Part shown: positions 1 through 10,149 of the stretch, piece after piece
How the letters are laid out: every line of letters begins with the position of its first letter
Position numbering within the stretch: position 1 is the stretch's first letter
Origin: Methanobacteriota archaeon
Lineage (GTDB): Archaea; Thermoplasmatota; Poseidoniia; Poseidoniales; Poseidoniaceae
Length of the DNA: 64,000 bases
Direction: 5' to 3'
Assembly (NCBI GenBank): GCA_002722695.1
Contig: PBMS01000029.1
Coordinates: forward strand, 5,724-69,723
The notes under the pieces: generated by a model
The model's database searches: none
What the model was told of the DNA's origin: nothing
What the model saw: only the letters and a program-made list of their open reading frames with translations
Program-made: the position numbers and the translations under genes

Positions 1-899
1 CTCCCAGAGAACGAACCCCGTTTCAGTCGTAGGAGCATGAAGCCGGCGGTGGATGTAAGGAACGCAATGACGGTCCACGCCAAGGATGAGTGAATCACAG
101 TGAGCCAGAGAACGGACTGTGAGTTCGCGGCACCCTCATCAAGTCCAAACGCTCGCCATCCTTCTGCGACGGCAAAAATAGCGCTGAAAAGGGTGGCCGT
201 CCAAAGCAGAGAGGAAAACATTGCAGCGTCGGCGTTTTCACGCATTTCCTGAATCACACGGTTGACGGTTGATTCAATGCCGGCACCTTTGCTGAAGATG
301 TAGAGGCCCAAGACCAACGGAAGAGCACCGATGACCACGCCCCCGATTTCATTGGGCAGCATGATACCCAGGCCAAGAATGGCCAACACGGCACCGAAGG
401 GGATCATGAATCGAGAACGCCACTTTGGGTCCTCCAAGGCTTTGACGATGTAGTAGTACGTCCCTTCAATGCCTTTGGATTGCTTGACAATGATTTTTTC
501 CGTGTGGTCGATGCGGACCTGGGAAGAGATGAGTGGGAGAACGCTCTCATCTTCGGCGCCATCGGTGATAAGAATGGCCTGATCGGGTTGGAACGCCGAC
601 ACGACTTCGTCCAGTTGGGCGGCGATGGCGCGATCCGAGCGAACGCCTACTTTTTCATCCCCGGTTAGAATGGCGATTTCGACATCGTCCTCCTCGGATT
701 TACCCTCTGCCAGGTTGTCGTGGGCCTTCAGGGCGCCGAGAATGGCGTTGGTGTCGCTCTCCTCGGGATCGGCGATACCGAGTTTAAGCGCCGCCGTCAA
801 CACCTGTCGGCGACCAACAACAGGGCCACGAATCGAGGTTTTCAAACCGAGGTCGTTGTCCCGGTCAACCGTTAGCACCAGCGTTCTGGTCATGAGCAT
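1..899 (-). CDS. DUF373-family archaeal membrane protein (3' end runs off the window)
   Basis: Not in the ORF track. Hand translation from ATG 899 or 893 gives MTRTLVLTVDRDNDLG...ADPEESDTNA...LITDGAEDESVLP...VKQSKGIEGTYY followed by hydrophobic helices, which are DUF373-type motifs. Confidence 0.85.
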   Translation of the reverse strand, partial: MLMTRTLVLTVDRDNDLGLKTSIRGPVVGRRQVLTAALKLGIADPEESDTNAILGALKAHDNLAEGKSEEDDVEIAILTGDEKVGVRSDRAIAAQLDEVVSAFQPDQAILITDGAEDESVLPLISSQVRIDHTEKIIVKQSKGIEGTYYYIVKALEDPKWRSRFMIPFGAVLAILGLGIMLPNEIGGVVIGALPLVLGLYIFSKGAGIESTVNRVIQEMRENADAAMFSSLLWTATLFSAIFAVAEGWRAFGLDEGAANSQSVLWLTVIHSSLAWTVIAFLTSTAGFMLLRLKRGSFSG

Positions 900-971
900 C
901 CCCCGTTTGGTCAACCCACCGCGGTTCTATCTTTCAAACCCTTTTGCGAAACGCCCGTTTCGGGCCGAAGG

Positions 972-2573
972 TCAAACGGCGTTCTGAGATTGACGAAACC
1001 GCACGGAGGCGACGTCGTCATGACCCGAGGGAGGGTCCTTCCATTCCGGGTCACCGGGAAGCACCAACCCGGCCCCGAGGTTGACCAGTTCCACCGACAA
1101 ACGTCGTTGTTCCTCCACCAGCTCCGCCCAATCTTTGGATTCGTCCTTCCATATTTTCCACCGATTCAAATTCTGATAGCTCCGAACCAGATTCGCGTAG
1201 AGTTTCAAATGAAGTCGGGCAGAAATCGGCCACCAGAGGAGGAACACCACGAAGACGCCAAGAGCGGGCAATCTGGTGATTTCCAGCAGCAACCAATGGG
1301 AAAGGAGGAGTTCGTTCACCGGACTCTGAGCGCTCAACAACGACCACGTGACGAAGGCAGAAGCTGCCACCCACCACAACGGGAACATCACCACGGCTGA
1401 AACGACCTTCATCGTACCCACAGCCGAGGGTTCGATGCCTCGTCGTTTGAGGGCCCGGCTCACAAAGCCGTTGCCCTTGTAGGGAACGTAGTTGCCAGCG
1501 ACGGCGCTCCATGTGACCAGGCCAAACATCCAAGAAAAGGCCCAAATCCACTGTCCGAAATGCTTGATGTACCCCGGAAACGAAAGGCGCTCTGGCCGGG
1601 CGTCCACGTCGTACGGTGTGATGCCGCGCTGTTCAAGGGTGTCAAAATGAGACCCGCAACGCTCGGCGAGGGCTTTGGTCGAGGCTGGCTGGTGTTCCGC
1701 CATAAACTCCCAACCGGCCCGGAGACGGCGAGCAGCGAGGACCGAAGCTGCAAAGGAGGGTTTTCTGAGGTCCACGCCGGTCTGCCGTTGCTTCTCTGCG
1801 TAAACCAGACTGCGTCCACGCCAAATCATGGTGCGTTCCGACCAGGAGGTTTTCGAGTGGTTTGCTCGTTGAAGTTCAACCGCAAAAAGGTCCGTGACCT
1901 CGCCGACCCAGGCTCGATCGTTTCGATCCTGTTGGTTCGAATCGTCTGTGCGGTCCGGTAAAGGAGGAAGGTCCATGACGCGCTCCATGACCACGGCCGC
2001 ACGCTCTCGGAAACGTTGCGATTCGGAATAGTGCAAGCCCACCGGGACAACTTTTGGCGAAGGGAGACCGCGTTCATTCGCTTTACGGGTAGCGTTCAAA
2101 AGAATCCGAGCCGCTCCAGAACGGACCTTGCGAACGCTTGATTCAGCGTGCGACACGCCTTCGGGAAAAATCAACACGCTGCCCCCCGAGGCCAAGGTTG
2201 AGGAGACGTTGTTCAGCTGTGCCCGATTTCGTTCCTGAGACATGTCGGAATCTTCGGCGTCCTGCGGTCGCTCGATTGGAACCACGCCCGAAGCCTTGAG
2301 CATCCGTCCAAGCAGAGGAATCTGAAAGAGCGTGTGTTTCGCAACGGTGGTGAGTTTTCCCGGGACAATGGAGGTCATCAGCATCGGGTCAATGAGCCCG
2401 CTCGGGTGCCATGTGATGTACAAAACCCCGCCCTCTGGCGGAATGTTCTCCTCGTCAACGATGTTGATTTCTCTGAACCAAACATTGGTCAAAAATCGGT
2501 AAAATCGCCGAACCAAACGATACCCCAAAGACGGTGACGCGAAGCCTGTAGGACCGCCAACCGCCTGCTGCAT
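972..2573 (-). CDS. PlsC-superfamily glycerol-3-phosphate/lysophospholipid acyltransferase with C-terminal TM helices
   Basis: HPSGLID catalytic H..D motif, VAKHTLF, GVVPIER, IFPEGVSH and VVPVGLHY blocks. Start at 2573 or 2597. Confidence 0.85.
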   Translation of the reverse strand: MQQAVGGPTGFASPSLGYRLVRRFYRFLTNVWFREINIVDEENIPPEGGVLYITWHPSGLIDPMLMTSIVPGKLTTVAKHTLFQIPLLGRMLKASGVVPIERPQDAEDSDMSQERNRAQLNNVSSTLASGGSVLIFPEGVSHAESSVRKVRSGAARILLNATRKANERGLPSPKVVPVGLHYSESQRFRERAAVVMERVMDLPPLPDRTDDSNQQDRNDRAWVGEVTDLFAVELQRANHSKTSWSERTMIWRGRSLVYAEKQRQTGVDLRKPSFAASVLAARRLRAGWEFMAEHQPASTKALAERCGSHFDTLEQRGITPYDVDARPERLSFPGYIKHFGQWIWAFSWMFGLVTWSAVAGNYVPYKGNGFVSRALKRRGIEPSAVGTMKVVSAVVMFPLWWVAASAFVTWSLLSAQSPVNELLLSHWLLLEITRLPALGVFVVFLLWWPISARLHLKLYANLVRSYQNLNRWKIWKDESKDWAELVEEQRRLSVELVNLGAGLVLPGDPEWKDPPSGHDDVASVRFRQSQNAV

Positions 2574-2623
2574 GGGAGGAAGTATGCATGCTCTCATTTA
2601 GAGAAGATGCCTGCGTTGGAAGG

Positions 2624-3838
2624 TTATTCGTCCGGTTTGGTGTCATCGTCATCGCTTTGAGTGCCGGTGCTTGAAGAGCGGTCCGTCAATCGTTTCCAGC
2701 GCTGCGTTGCGCGGATGTATTTCAAAGGGTGATCCATCCATGATTGGTCGCATGTTCGGTTGTCTCCGGGTAGAACAGGGCAGTTGTGATTCACCTTGAG
2801 TTTCCCACAGCCCGCCGGCGTGTATTCGTGCTGGTAGACGTGTTGAACCTGATACGATGTGGTGGACTCGCTGAAATCCGGTGCACCGCGGAAGAAATTC
2901 ACGCACGACTCCTCAGGCAACGCCAACGTTGCCGACATGGACGCCAAGAATAAACGGCCAAAGTGGTTGACGTTGACCCCCACTGAGAGGTCAGCAATGA
3001 CCTTCTGCATGCAGGGCGGCCAGTCCGTCTCCTCGGCACCGACCAGGGCGATGGCTTCGCTCGCCTTGTTGGCCATCAAATTTCGAACCATCCCGACGGG
3101 TTCTGCAAGACGCACAGCAAGGTCGGTCGTCACCTCGGCCATTTTGTCGAGAGCTTCCGCCTCAATGCCCGCTTTGATTCGTTCCCGCAACAAACGCGCC
3201 ACCTTGGCCGACGACGCGTATTGGCGTTCATTGTGGAGTTTGACCCATCCGTTGTCCACGTCAACGTTGGGGAGGCGCCAACGATGGCCGGTGATTTTAG
3301 GACAAATTTCGATGAAATCGGCAAGGCCAACGCGCCACTCATCCACCGCCGTGCGGCGCGAAGAGGTCAACGAACCCCCCAAACTGGGGAGAGGAACGTT
3401 CGACGTCGCAGCCGAGACCTCCACCTGAGAGAGATAGGTGTTGGCCACCGTGCGCAAATTGCTCTGGTCTTGAATCAACAGTTGCTCGGCGCGGGCTGCT
3501 TCGGCCTGCGCCCAACGAGCGATGAGTCGCTCATCCTCGCTCGCGCACATGACGAGTCGGGCATAGTAAAACGAGAACGCCTCTACCAGCCGCCCCTCCT
3601 CGGTGTGAATGTCACCTCCTGAAACCTGAACGCCTTCCTTCGATTGGACCGAATCGATCAAACGAATACGCGCCCGCTGACGAGCTTGCTCCATCCAGGT
3701 CCCCTCCAACAACTCGTTGAGATCGATGCTGTGGCGCACCGCCATCGACCGAATCCAACCCGACGCCTGAGGCAGGAACGGGTATCGAGCCAGCGTGACC
3801 TCGTCCGCAACGCTGGGCGGCGTGGTTGGAACGGGCAT
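2624..3838 (-). CDS. priL: DNA primase large subunit
   Basis: ARYPFL N-terminus. PPCM, NHFGRLFL, APDF, TSYQVQH, YTPAGC..LK...C and HPLKY mark the Fe-S domain. Confidence 0.92.
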   Translation of the reverse strand: MPVPTTPPSVADEVTLARYPFLPQASGWIRSMAVRHSIDLNELLEGTWMEQARQRARIRLIDSVQSKEGVQVSGGDIHTEEGRLVEAFSFYYARLVMCASEDERLIARWAQAEAARAEQLLIQDQSNLRTVANTYLSQVEVSAATSNVPLPSLGGSLTSSRRTAVDEWRVGLADFIEICPKITGHRWRLPNVDVDNGWVKLHNERQYASSAKVARLLRERIKAGIEAEALDKMAEVTTDLAVRLAEPVGMVRNLMANKASEAIALVGAEETDWPPCMQKVIADLSVGVNVNHFGRLFLASMSATLALPEESCVNFFRGAPDFSESTTSYQVQHVYQHEYTPAGCGKLKVNHNCPVLPGDNRTCDQSWMDHPLKYIRATQRWKRLTDRSSSTGTQSDDDDTKPDE

Positions 3839-3915
3839 GGCTACAGGACAAGGCCACGGATTATGAAGTCCTGCGTGGCGCGTTCTTCTTGACCTGCGCG
3901 CGTTTCCAAGGAAGC

Positions 3916-4656
3916 ATGAGGACCGACCCTCACCCGGCGCTGGTCAACATCCAACACGAAGTGAGAACGCATTTTGGGTGGAGTTATGAGCGGGATTTGA
4001 ACAGTGCTTTGGGCTTGCAAGAAGCGTGCGACAGCCACCCGTTCGGTGATCGGTTTGGATGGACCCCCCGTCATCGAGTCGCGACCCTTGAGGCCATTCA
4101 AACGACGTTGAATGAGGCCTCAACCATCGTTGTGGTTGGTGCCGCCATCAAAAAAGAAGCCCTCGACCAACCCTTTGACGCCGGGACCGTCTTTGTGGCT
4201 GCTGACGGCGCCGTCGGAGCGTGCCTGGGCCGGGTTGATGTGGCGTGTGTCGTCACGGATTTGGACGGCGAACCTCATCTTTCCAACGCCGTAGGACAAG
4301 GTATCCCGTTTGTTGTTCACGCACACGGGGACAACGACGAGGCATGGAAACGATGCCTGAGCAAGTGGGCTACGACGGGCGGAGTTCGTCTGGTGCTGAC
4401 TCATCAAACCGACGAAGCAATCGAGGGAATGCACAATCCAGGTGGATTCACCGATGGTGATCGTGCGGCGTGTTTCCTTTCCTGGCTGGGCGTGCCGGAC
4501 GACAAAATACGGTGGGCTGGCTTCGCCACCGATCGCGTCGGTCCTTGGTCAGGAACAACGCATGCCGAGCGAAAACTCGCGAAGTTGTCCTGGATGGCAC
4601 GGGTGTTGAGTCTCATCGACCCCGGATGGGCCAAGCGCTGCATCGATGACGATTGA
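3916..4656 (+). CDS. mptE: 6-hydroxymethyl-7,8-dihydropterin pyrophosphokinase (MptE)
   Basis: AADGA, VVTDLDG, VHAHGDN, NPGGFTDGDRAA and KLAKL motifs. ATG at 3916 avoids overlap with priL. Confidence 0.88.
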   Translation: MRTDPHPALVNIQHEVRTHFGWSYERDLNSALGLQEACDSHPFGDRFGWTPRHRVATLEAIQTTLNEASTIVVVGAAIKKEALDQPFDAGTVFVAADGAVGACLGRVDVACVVTDLDGEPHLSNAVGQGIPFVVHAHGDNDEAWKRCLSKWATTGGVRLVLTHQTDEAIEGMHNPGGFTDGDRAACFLSWLGVPDDKIRWAGFATDRVGPWSGTTHAERKLAKLSWMARVLSLIDPGWAKRCIDDD

Positions 4657-4704
4657 CTCCCTCAGCGAACATAGGTAGAAGAACAAACAGGAGGGCCCAA
4701 AGGC

Positions 4705-5325
4705 ATGGAGCGTGGTGTCACCTGGCAAAGTGCCCTCATGTGGGTGATCGCTCTGGTGATCGTCAACGCCCTCTGGCTGAACGTTGCCGGACAAACGGCA
4801 CCCAACGAAATCAACACGGAAAATCAGTTCCAAACCCATCGAGAAATCGACATCTCCTCGGTGTTTGGGAACAACGCCCCCATCCCTGCTGAATTGACAA
4901 CAGCCTTTTCGAGCACTTCGCTGGACTCAGCCAACGTGAGTTACGCCATCAAAAAGGACAACAAAACGGTGGTCGCATCGTGGTCGGGAGACCTGAACAG
5001 CGACGTTCCAATTTGGACCGGGGAATTGGAGCCCGGGCAATACACCATTGAAACAGTGGTTGAGGACGGCGTTTTGGTGGAGCAGGACCTGCTTCTGCAG
5101 CCCTTTGCATCGGTTCAGCCGCACGGCCACGTTGTGCTGACGTTGTTGCTGGTCGCCCTTGCGTGGGGCGAACAAGGCGTCCGTGCGCTTCTTGCGAAGC
5201 GAAGTCCATCAACAAAGTCCATTCCGACCGAAAAGGTGCCGTTCAAATCCAAAGGGTTCCAGCAGGAACAGGACTCGCAGGACTGGGAGGAAGGCGACTC
5301 ACCTTGGCGTGACCCGATTCGGTGA
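4705..5325 (+). CDS. hypothetical membrane protein (two hydrophobic segments flanking a beta-rich domain)
   Basis: 206-aa ORF filling the gap between genes. Hydrophobic N-terminus and a second helix, VVLTLLLVALAW. Confidence 0.65.
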   Translation: MERGVTWQSALMWVIALVIVNALWLNVAGQTAPNEINTENQFQTHREIDISSVFGNNAPIPAELTTAFSSTSLDSANVSYAIKKDNKTVVASWSGDLNSDVPIWTGELEPGQYTIETVVEDGVLVEQDLLLQPFASVQPHGHVVLTLLLVALAWGEQGVRALLAKRSPSTKSIPTEKVPFKSKGFQQEQDSQDWEEGDSPWRDPIR

Positions 5326-8300
5326 TCAAAGGAAATCGGACAACGAGAGTTGCTTGGCTCGGTCGTTGTTGAACAAAGAGTCAGCGCTGGAAGCCAGCCA
5401 ATCGGCGTTCTGGCGCGTGTAGAGGTCAACCCCGTAGTGATCCATAACGAAACGCATGACCTCGATGTATTTTCGAACGGCGCCTTCCGAAACCGTCAGT
5501 GCCAAATTCCCGTTGCACAAACCACCCTCGGATTTCGCAACGCCCATGTTGGCCAGCCCGCGACCCGTTTCCTTCTTGGCTTGAATGCATTTTCCAGAGA
5601 GCGGCATTCGCCGATAGGAATGACCGCACTTGAGACACCGAACCTTCTGTCGGCCGTAGGCGTTGAGGTTACCTCGCAAATCCGGAAGGAAGTGAGAGCG
5701 GACGACGCTGGAAGCCACCTGACGCACGTTCACACCCCGCAGGCGCTGTCCAAGGGCCAGCTGCCCGTTCATTTTGTCGATCATCGTTTCCAGCGTTTTG
5801 TAGGCGGACAAGGCGGGGCCGTCGTCGAGGGAGCGGCAATCGTGCGTAAAACCGTACCCGCGAACGGCTGCGACACTCCCAAGGCGACGCTCCACGAAAT
5901 CCATCCGCCCTTGAATGTCCTTCGGGTGAGGTTGCTTGAGGGTCGCCTCGTAAAAATCGCGCTCGTAGAACCATCCCGCGTCAACGTTGAGGGCTTCCTT
6001 GTCGACCTCGGTCGGGTTGAGACGGGTGGTCAACACCAACGGAGCGTCCATCTGACCCCCTCGGTTGGCGGGTAAAATGTCGCGACTGAAGTTCAGCAAA
6101 CCGTCCATCAACAGCATGATGGCGTCCTCATCTCCGTCGCAGTTTCTTCGCTTGGCAGCGTGGAACAAGGGGTGAGCATAGCCGCCCGAACAGTCCGCCC
6201 AGCCAATGATTCGTGAGAGCACGCCACCGCTGGTGTGCGGTGCAAGTGCACAGATCAGCTGGCCAACCAAATCGTCCGCCTTGTCTGCGTTGTAATACGG
6301 TTCCATGCCGTAATATCGAACCAGCAGTTCATCGATGTACTTCGCCGTGCGCAACAAAAAGTCAGCCGCACCCTTGGCCACGATGAAATCCTGCGGAAAC
6401 AACTCCAAAATTTGCTCGTCGTGTTCCAAAACACGCCCACGATGGTCGTGTGTGTAGCCAAGGGCATGAAGGGTTTTCCACGGAACACCGACTTCACGAG
6501 GTCGAAAGTGTGTGGTCGGGACATCGCTCATGTCGAAGCGAACCGTTCCGTCTCTGAACACCGGCAATTCATGGCGTGCACGAAGAATACCTTTCTCGAT
6601 CGCCTCGGGGGTTTGGTTGCGGCTGTTCAGTTTTTTCATGCACTTGACCTGCGCAGGGAGCCGGTCGAGGCCGAGGCGGATTCGTGCGTCTTCGACCATT
6701 TCGTCCACCCGAACGGATTGGACTTCTCCGCGCCGGTAGGCGTTGGGTCTGGTCGGGTTGGCCTTCGTTCGCCCGTTGCAGGTTTCGCCCGCTTTCCCTT
6801 CCCCGTGGGCGTCCAAGCCACGGTGATGACATCGAAGATAGGGGGATTCCTTGCCGCACACCGTGCAGGTGCGACGACCGACTTGGACTCGTATGGTGCG
6901 CTTGTCGATGGCGTTGTTCAACAAACGCTGGTTACCGCCGTTGAGCTCGATGGGAAAGAGGGAGTGGGTCATGGGGTTCATCACTCGAGGGGCCGCTTTT
7001 TCCGGGCGCCCCATTCGGCAACCAACTCGAACCGGTGCGCTGTGTTCCCATCGCAGCTCGGACATTTGTCTCACCAACACCATGATGCCTTCAACGGCAT
7101 GCTCGTCCTCAATCCGTTGCGCTGCGAGGTAAGCGGCCGGGTCGCTTGGGCCATCATCGGGCACGGAAGCAGCCGCTTCCTGTCCAACCCGATCGGTTTC
7201 AGCAATGCCCAAGCCTCGTTGACGAGCCCCTGTTTCTGCGGCAATGCGCACGGTCGCGCGGTCTTTTTCCAGGGCGGAGTTCCGCTCGCGCTCTTGGTCC
7301 AAGACCCGTTTCGCTTGGCGCAAGGCCTCGATGCGCTTCTCAGCGATGGTCAGCGCATTTTTATGCCGCAGCGGAGCATCGCCGTCGCTCTTGAAACCGA
7401 GGCCTTCGAGAAGCGACTCCCACCCGGAAGTAACGACGAGGTCGTCGCCATCGTGATGGTGAGCGAGCCCGAGAACCATCATCGTCGCCTTTGCTAAACC
7501 GTGCTGTTGAAGGGCCCAACCTTCGGGAACTTCAGCGCCCATGAGCGGCGATTCGATCTCAACGTTGGGCCCGGGTAAGTGAACGTCACTCAACGGAGGC
7601 AACGACTCCGGTTCGAGCGCGTCCATCGCAGAAGCCTTCCACCCACGAACACCGCCCGACAACCGCAACCAGCGTGCGCCCGACTCTGGCCGACCCTCGA
7701 TCGGCACGTTGTCGCGCTCGATTCGTTCTTCGATGCTGCCCGCAGCCAACAGCTTGAGGAAGGCGGGTAGCCACTCCAGCGGGAGATCCTTGAACCAAGG
7801 ATTGTGCGGCGGTGGGAGGGACGTGCCAAAACGTCGGGAACAACCGACGGCTTCGAGCCAGGTCAATCGACACTGTCTCAGGCGCTCGTGCCAGTCACGA
7901 CGAACCCAAAACTGCGCGTCAGGATCTGCTGCCTCTCCGGAAGGAACCCCCGGGGTTCCGGCAGGCCAGTCGTCCCGAACCTCTCCTACGATGTCGAGGA
8001 AGGCTGAGACCTCATCGTCGTCAACGAGGTTATCCAGAACATCGCTGGCCCACCAATCCATGGTGTAGCCAGCTGGCACAAGTCGCTTGTTGTTCTCCAA
8101 AAATTCACCATAACCGATGACCAATTCACCGTTGTCCCAGACCTGCTTCACCCGGTGACGCAATTCCACGTAAGCGGACGGGTCGTCAACTCGGAGAAAC
8201 CGACCGTCGTCGAGAACGACCCACGGGCCCTCGGCTTCGTCACACGGTGTGATGGCGCAGGCCTTGCCCGGTCGCTCGATTTTCATCTGCGTTCCGATGG

Positions 8301-9423
8301 TGATGAAATCATCGAGAGCCAGCATGGACGTGGTGTTGGTTGAGGCTGCCGCCAGACCCGATGGACGGGAACGCCCGTATCGCAGCCTGAAACCACCGGG
8401 CTGAAGCGGACCTCCGAAGACGGGTCGGCCAGCGATGATGTCCTTCATGAACTTCGTAATGGGTGCAATTTGTTGGCTTTTGAACGACGTGTTGTCCTCG
8501 GGTTCGTCTTCTTTGCCTCGTGAAGCAAATTTTGCGATAAAATCCCAGCCGGGCATGTTCAAACGATCGGTGTGCTTCTGAATTTTGGGCGCTTTGAGGC
8601 ACATGCCCTCGCCGATGACCAACAGAACGCCTCCTCGGATGCGCGGCTCGTCGATGTTGCGGACGTTTCCGTAACCAGCGCACTCAATACGCTCGGTGGA
8701 CTCGCCGTTGATCATCACGGGACAGGCACGGACGATCTCATCAATCTCATGAGGGGATGGTCGGTACTGCAGGTTTCCGCGATACAGTCCGAATTCTTCC
8801 TTGACGCGTTCCACCTCAGGGTCGGTGGGTTGGTAGTGGCCGACGTTGAGCTCCCGCCGTATCATGTCAGCGATGAGCACAGCCAAGGCCTGAGCCGTTC
8901 CACCCGCTGCACGAATCGGTCCCGCAAAATGGACGGAAACAAACTGAGAGCCGTCAACGTTGTTGAGGAGCCGAACTTCACTGATTCCCTCCAGCGGTGC
9001 AACGAGAACCGCTTCAGTCAGCACGGCGAGGCCGACGCGAAGACCTACATCGATGGATTTCTCAAGGTCATACCCCAGCTCTCGGAAGCCCCGAGCAACG
9101 GATTGAGCTATGATGATCGATGTCGTTTCACGGTCGTGTTCGTCCAGCAAAGCACGGATGTCGTCGGCGACCGCATAGCCGTCAAGATGTTCGATCAGCA
9201 ATTTTTCTGTGCGTCCGGCCAAATCGGATGCTCGTGGAATCTCGACTCGGTTTTTGTGGTCAAGGCCCTGCCTTCGAGCCAGTTCTGCGATTCGATACGC
9301 ATCGTCTGTTCGCTCGTCCAACCACCGGTGATAAGCATCCATTTCCCGTTCCAGACGGTCGATGTCGAGGCCGATAAGGGGGTTGTGTTCCCCCAAATTC
9401 ACGGTCTGCTCGGCGTCGCTCAT
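5326..9423 (-). CDS. polC: DNA polymerase D large subunit (DP2)
   Basis: AGPIRAAGGTAQAL, GGFRLRYGR, GTQMKIERPGK, RMGRPEKA, HAAKRRNCDGDED, GGQMDAPLVL and a C-terminal PIP box QLSLSDFL. Confidence 0.98.
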   Translation of the reverse strand: MSDAEQTVNLGEHNPLIGLDIDRLEREMDAYHRWLDERTDDAYRIAELARRQGLDHKNRVEIPRASDLAGRTEKLLIEHLDGYAVADDIRALLDEHDRETTSIIIAQSVARGFRELGYDLEKSIDVGLRVGLAVLTEAVLVAPLEGISEVRLLNNVDGSQFVSVHFAGPIRAAGGTAQALAVLIADMIRRELNVGHYQPTDPEVERVKEEFGLYRGNLQYRPSPHEIDEIVRACPVMINGESTERIECAGYGNVRNIDEPRIRGGVLLVIGEGMCLKAPKIQKHTDRLNMPGWDFIAKFASRGKEDEPEDNTSFKSQQIAPITKFMKDIIAGRPVFGGPLQPGGFRLRYGRSRPSGLAAASTNTTSMLALDDFITIGTQMKIERPGKACAITPCDEAEGPWVVLDDGRFLRVDDPSAYVELRHRVKQVWDNGELVIGYGEFLENNKRLVPAGYTMDWWASDVLDNLVDDDEVSAFLDIVGEVRDDWPAGTPGVPSGEAADPDAQFWVRRDWHERLRQCRLTWLEAVGCSRRFGTSLPPPHNPWFKDLPLEWLPAFLKLLAAGSIEERIERDNVPIEGRPESGARWLRLSGGVRGWKASAMDALEPESLPPLSDVHLPGPNVEIESPLMGAEVPEGWALQQHGLAKATMMVLGLAHHHDGDDLVVTSGWESLLEGLGFKSDGDAPLRHKNALTIAEKRIEALRQAKRVLDQERERNSALEKDRATVRIAAETGARQRGLGIAETDRVGQEAAASVPDDGPSDPAAYLAAQRIEDEHAVEGIMVLVRQMSELRWEHSAPVRVGCRMGRPEKAAPRVMNPMTHSLFPIELNGGNQRLLNNAIDKRTIRVQVGRRTCTVCGKESPYLRCHHRGLDAHGEGKAGETCNGRTKANPTRPNAYRRGEVQSVRVDEMVEDARIRLGLDRLPAQVKCMKKLNSRNQTPEAIEKGILRARHELPVFRDGTVRFDMSDVPTTHFRPREVGVPWKTLHALGYTHDHRGRVLEHDEQILELFPQDFIVAKGAADFLLRTAKYIDELLVRYYGMEPYYNADKADDLVGQLICALAPHTSGGVLSRIIGWADCSGGYAHPLFHAAKRRNCDGDEDAIMLLMDGLLNFSRDILPANRGGQMDAPLVLTTRLNPTEVDKEALNVDAGWFYERDFYEATLKQPHPKDIQGRMDFVERRLGSVAAVRGYGFTHDCRSLDDGPALSAYKTLETMIDKMNGQLALGQRLRGVNVRQVASSVVRSHFLPDLRGNLNAYGRQKVRCLKCGHSYRRMPLSGKCIQAKKETGRGLANMGVAKSEGGLCNGNLALTVSEGAVRKYIEVMRFVMDHYGVDLYTRQNADWLASSADSLFNNDRAKQLSLSDFL

Positions 9424-9477
9424 GTTCACTCAAATACGGTTCATGCCGACCCTTTATCATCAACACGGTGGGAATGA

Positions 9478-10140
9478 ATGGGGTTTTTTCAACGCTTCAC
9501 GGGAAGGAAAGTTCATGTCGTGACCGCCAAGGAACAACCCATGGGCGTTCATGACACGGTTCGAAACCACCCCGAATGGCCGACGCTCGCCGAGCTGGTC
9601 CGCGAGTTGGCCTTCCTCGACGGCGGAAACGAGACCGCTTTTACCCTGGCCAGCGGGAAGCAATCCCGATGGTTCTTCGACACGAAGCCCGTCATGATGC
9701 ACCCCCGGGCTGCCACCATCATTGGCTCCCTGCTCAACCTCCGCATACAGGCCATGGGGGGCCAGCTGGTGGGGGGTCTGGAACTCGGTGCCGTTCCTTT
9801 GACGGCGATCGTCGTGACGTCCCCCGATGCCGACCCTGCTCTTCGGGGCTTCATGGTGCGAAAATCGCCCAAGGGACGCGGAGGGCGGAAAACAAACAAC
9901 CCACCTGGCATCGAGGGAACCTCGCTTGAAGGCGGAGGGGACGTGGTCATCGTGGAAGACGTGACCACGACCGGAGGGTCGTCCATTCTTGCCGTTGAAC
10001 GCATTCATCGAGACACGGACTGCAAGGTCATCGGGGTCATCAGCATTCTCGACCGAGAAGAAGGGGCTGAGAAAGCGTTCGCCGAGGCAGGTGTTCCCTT
10101 TGAATCGCTGTTGACGCGGTCCGACATTGCGGGCTTGTGA
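9478..10140 (+). CDS. pyrE: orotate phosphoribosyltransferase
   Basis: FTLASGKQS, GGLELGAVP and the PRPP-binding motif VIVEDVTTTGGS. Confidence 0.93.
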   Translation: MGFFQRFTGRKVHVVTAKEQPMGVHDTVRNHPEWPTLAELVRELAFLDGGNETAFTLASGKQSRWFFDTKPVMMHPRAATIIGSLLNLRIQAMGGQLVGGLELGAVPLTAIVVTSPDADPALRGFMVRKSPKGRGGRKTNNPPGIEGTSLEGGGDVVIVEDVTTTGGSSILAVERIHRDTDCKVIGVISILDREEGAEKAFAEAGVPFESLLTRSDIAGL

Positions 10141-10149
10141 GGAGAGCGC

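Noticed and set aside
6100..6180. Intein in PolD DP2 at the usual RRN/CDGDED site
   Set aside because: The motif HAAKRRNCDGDEDA is contiguous, so no insertion is present.
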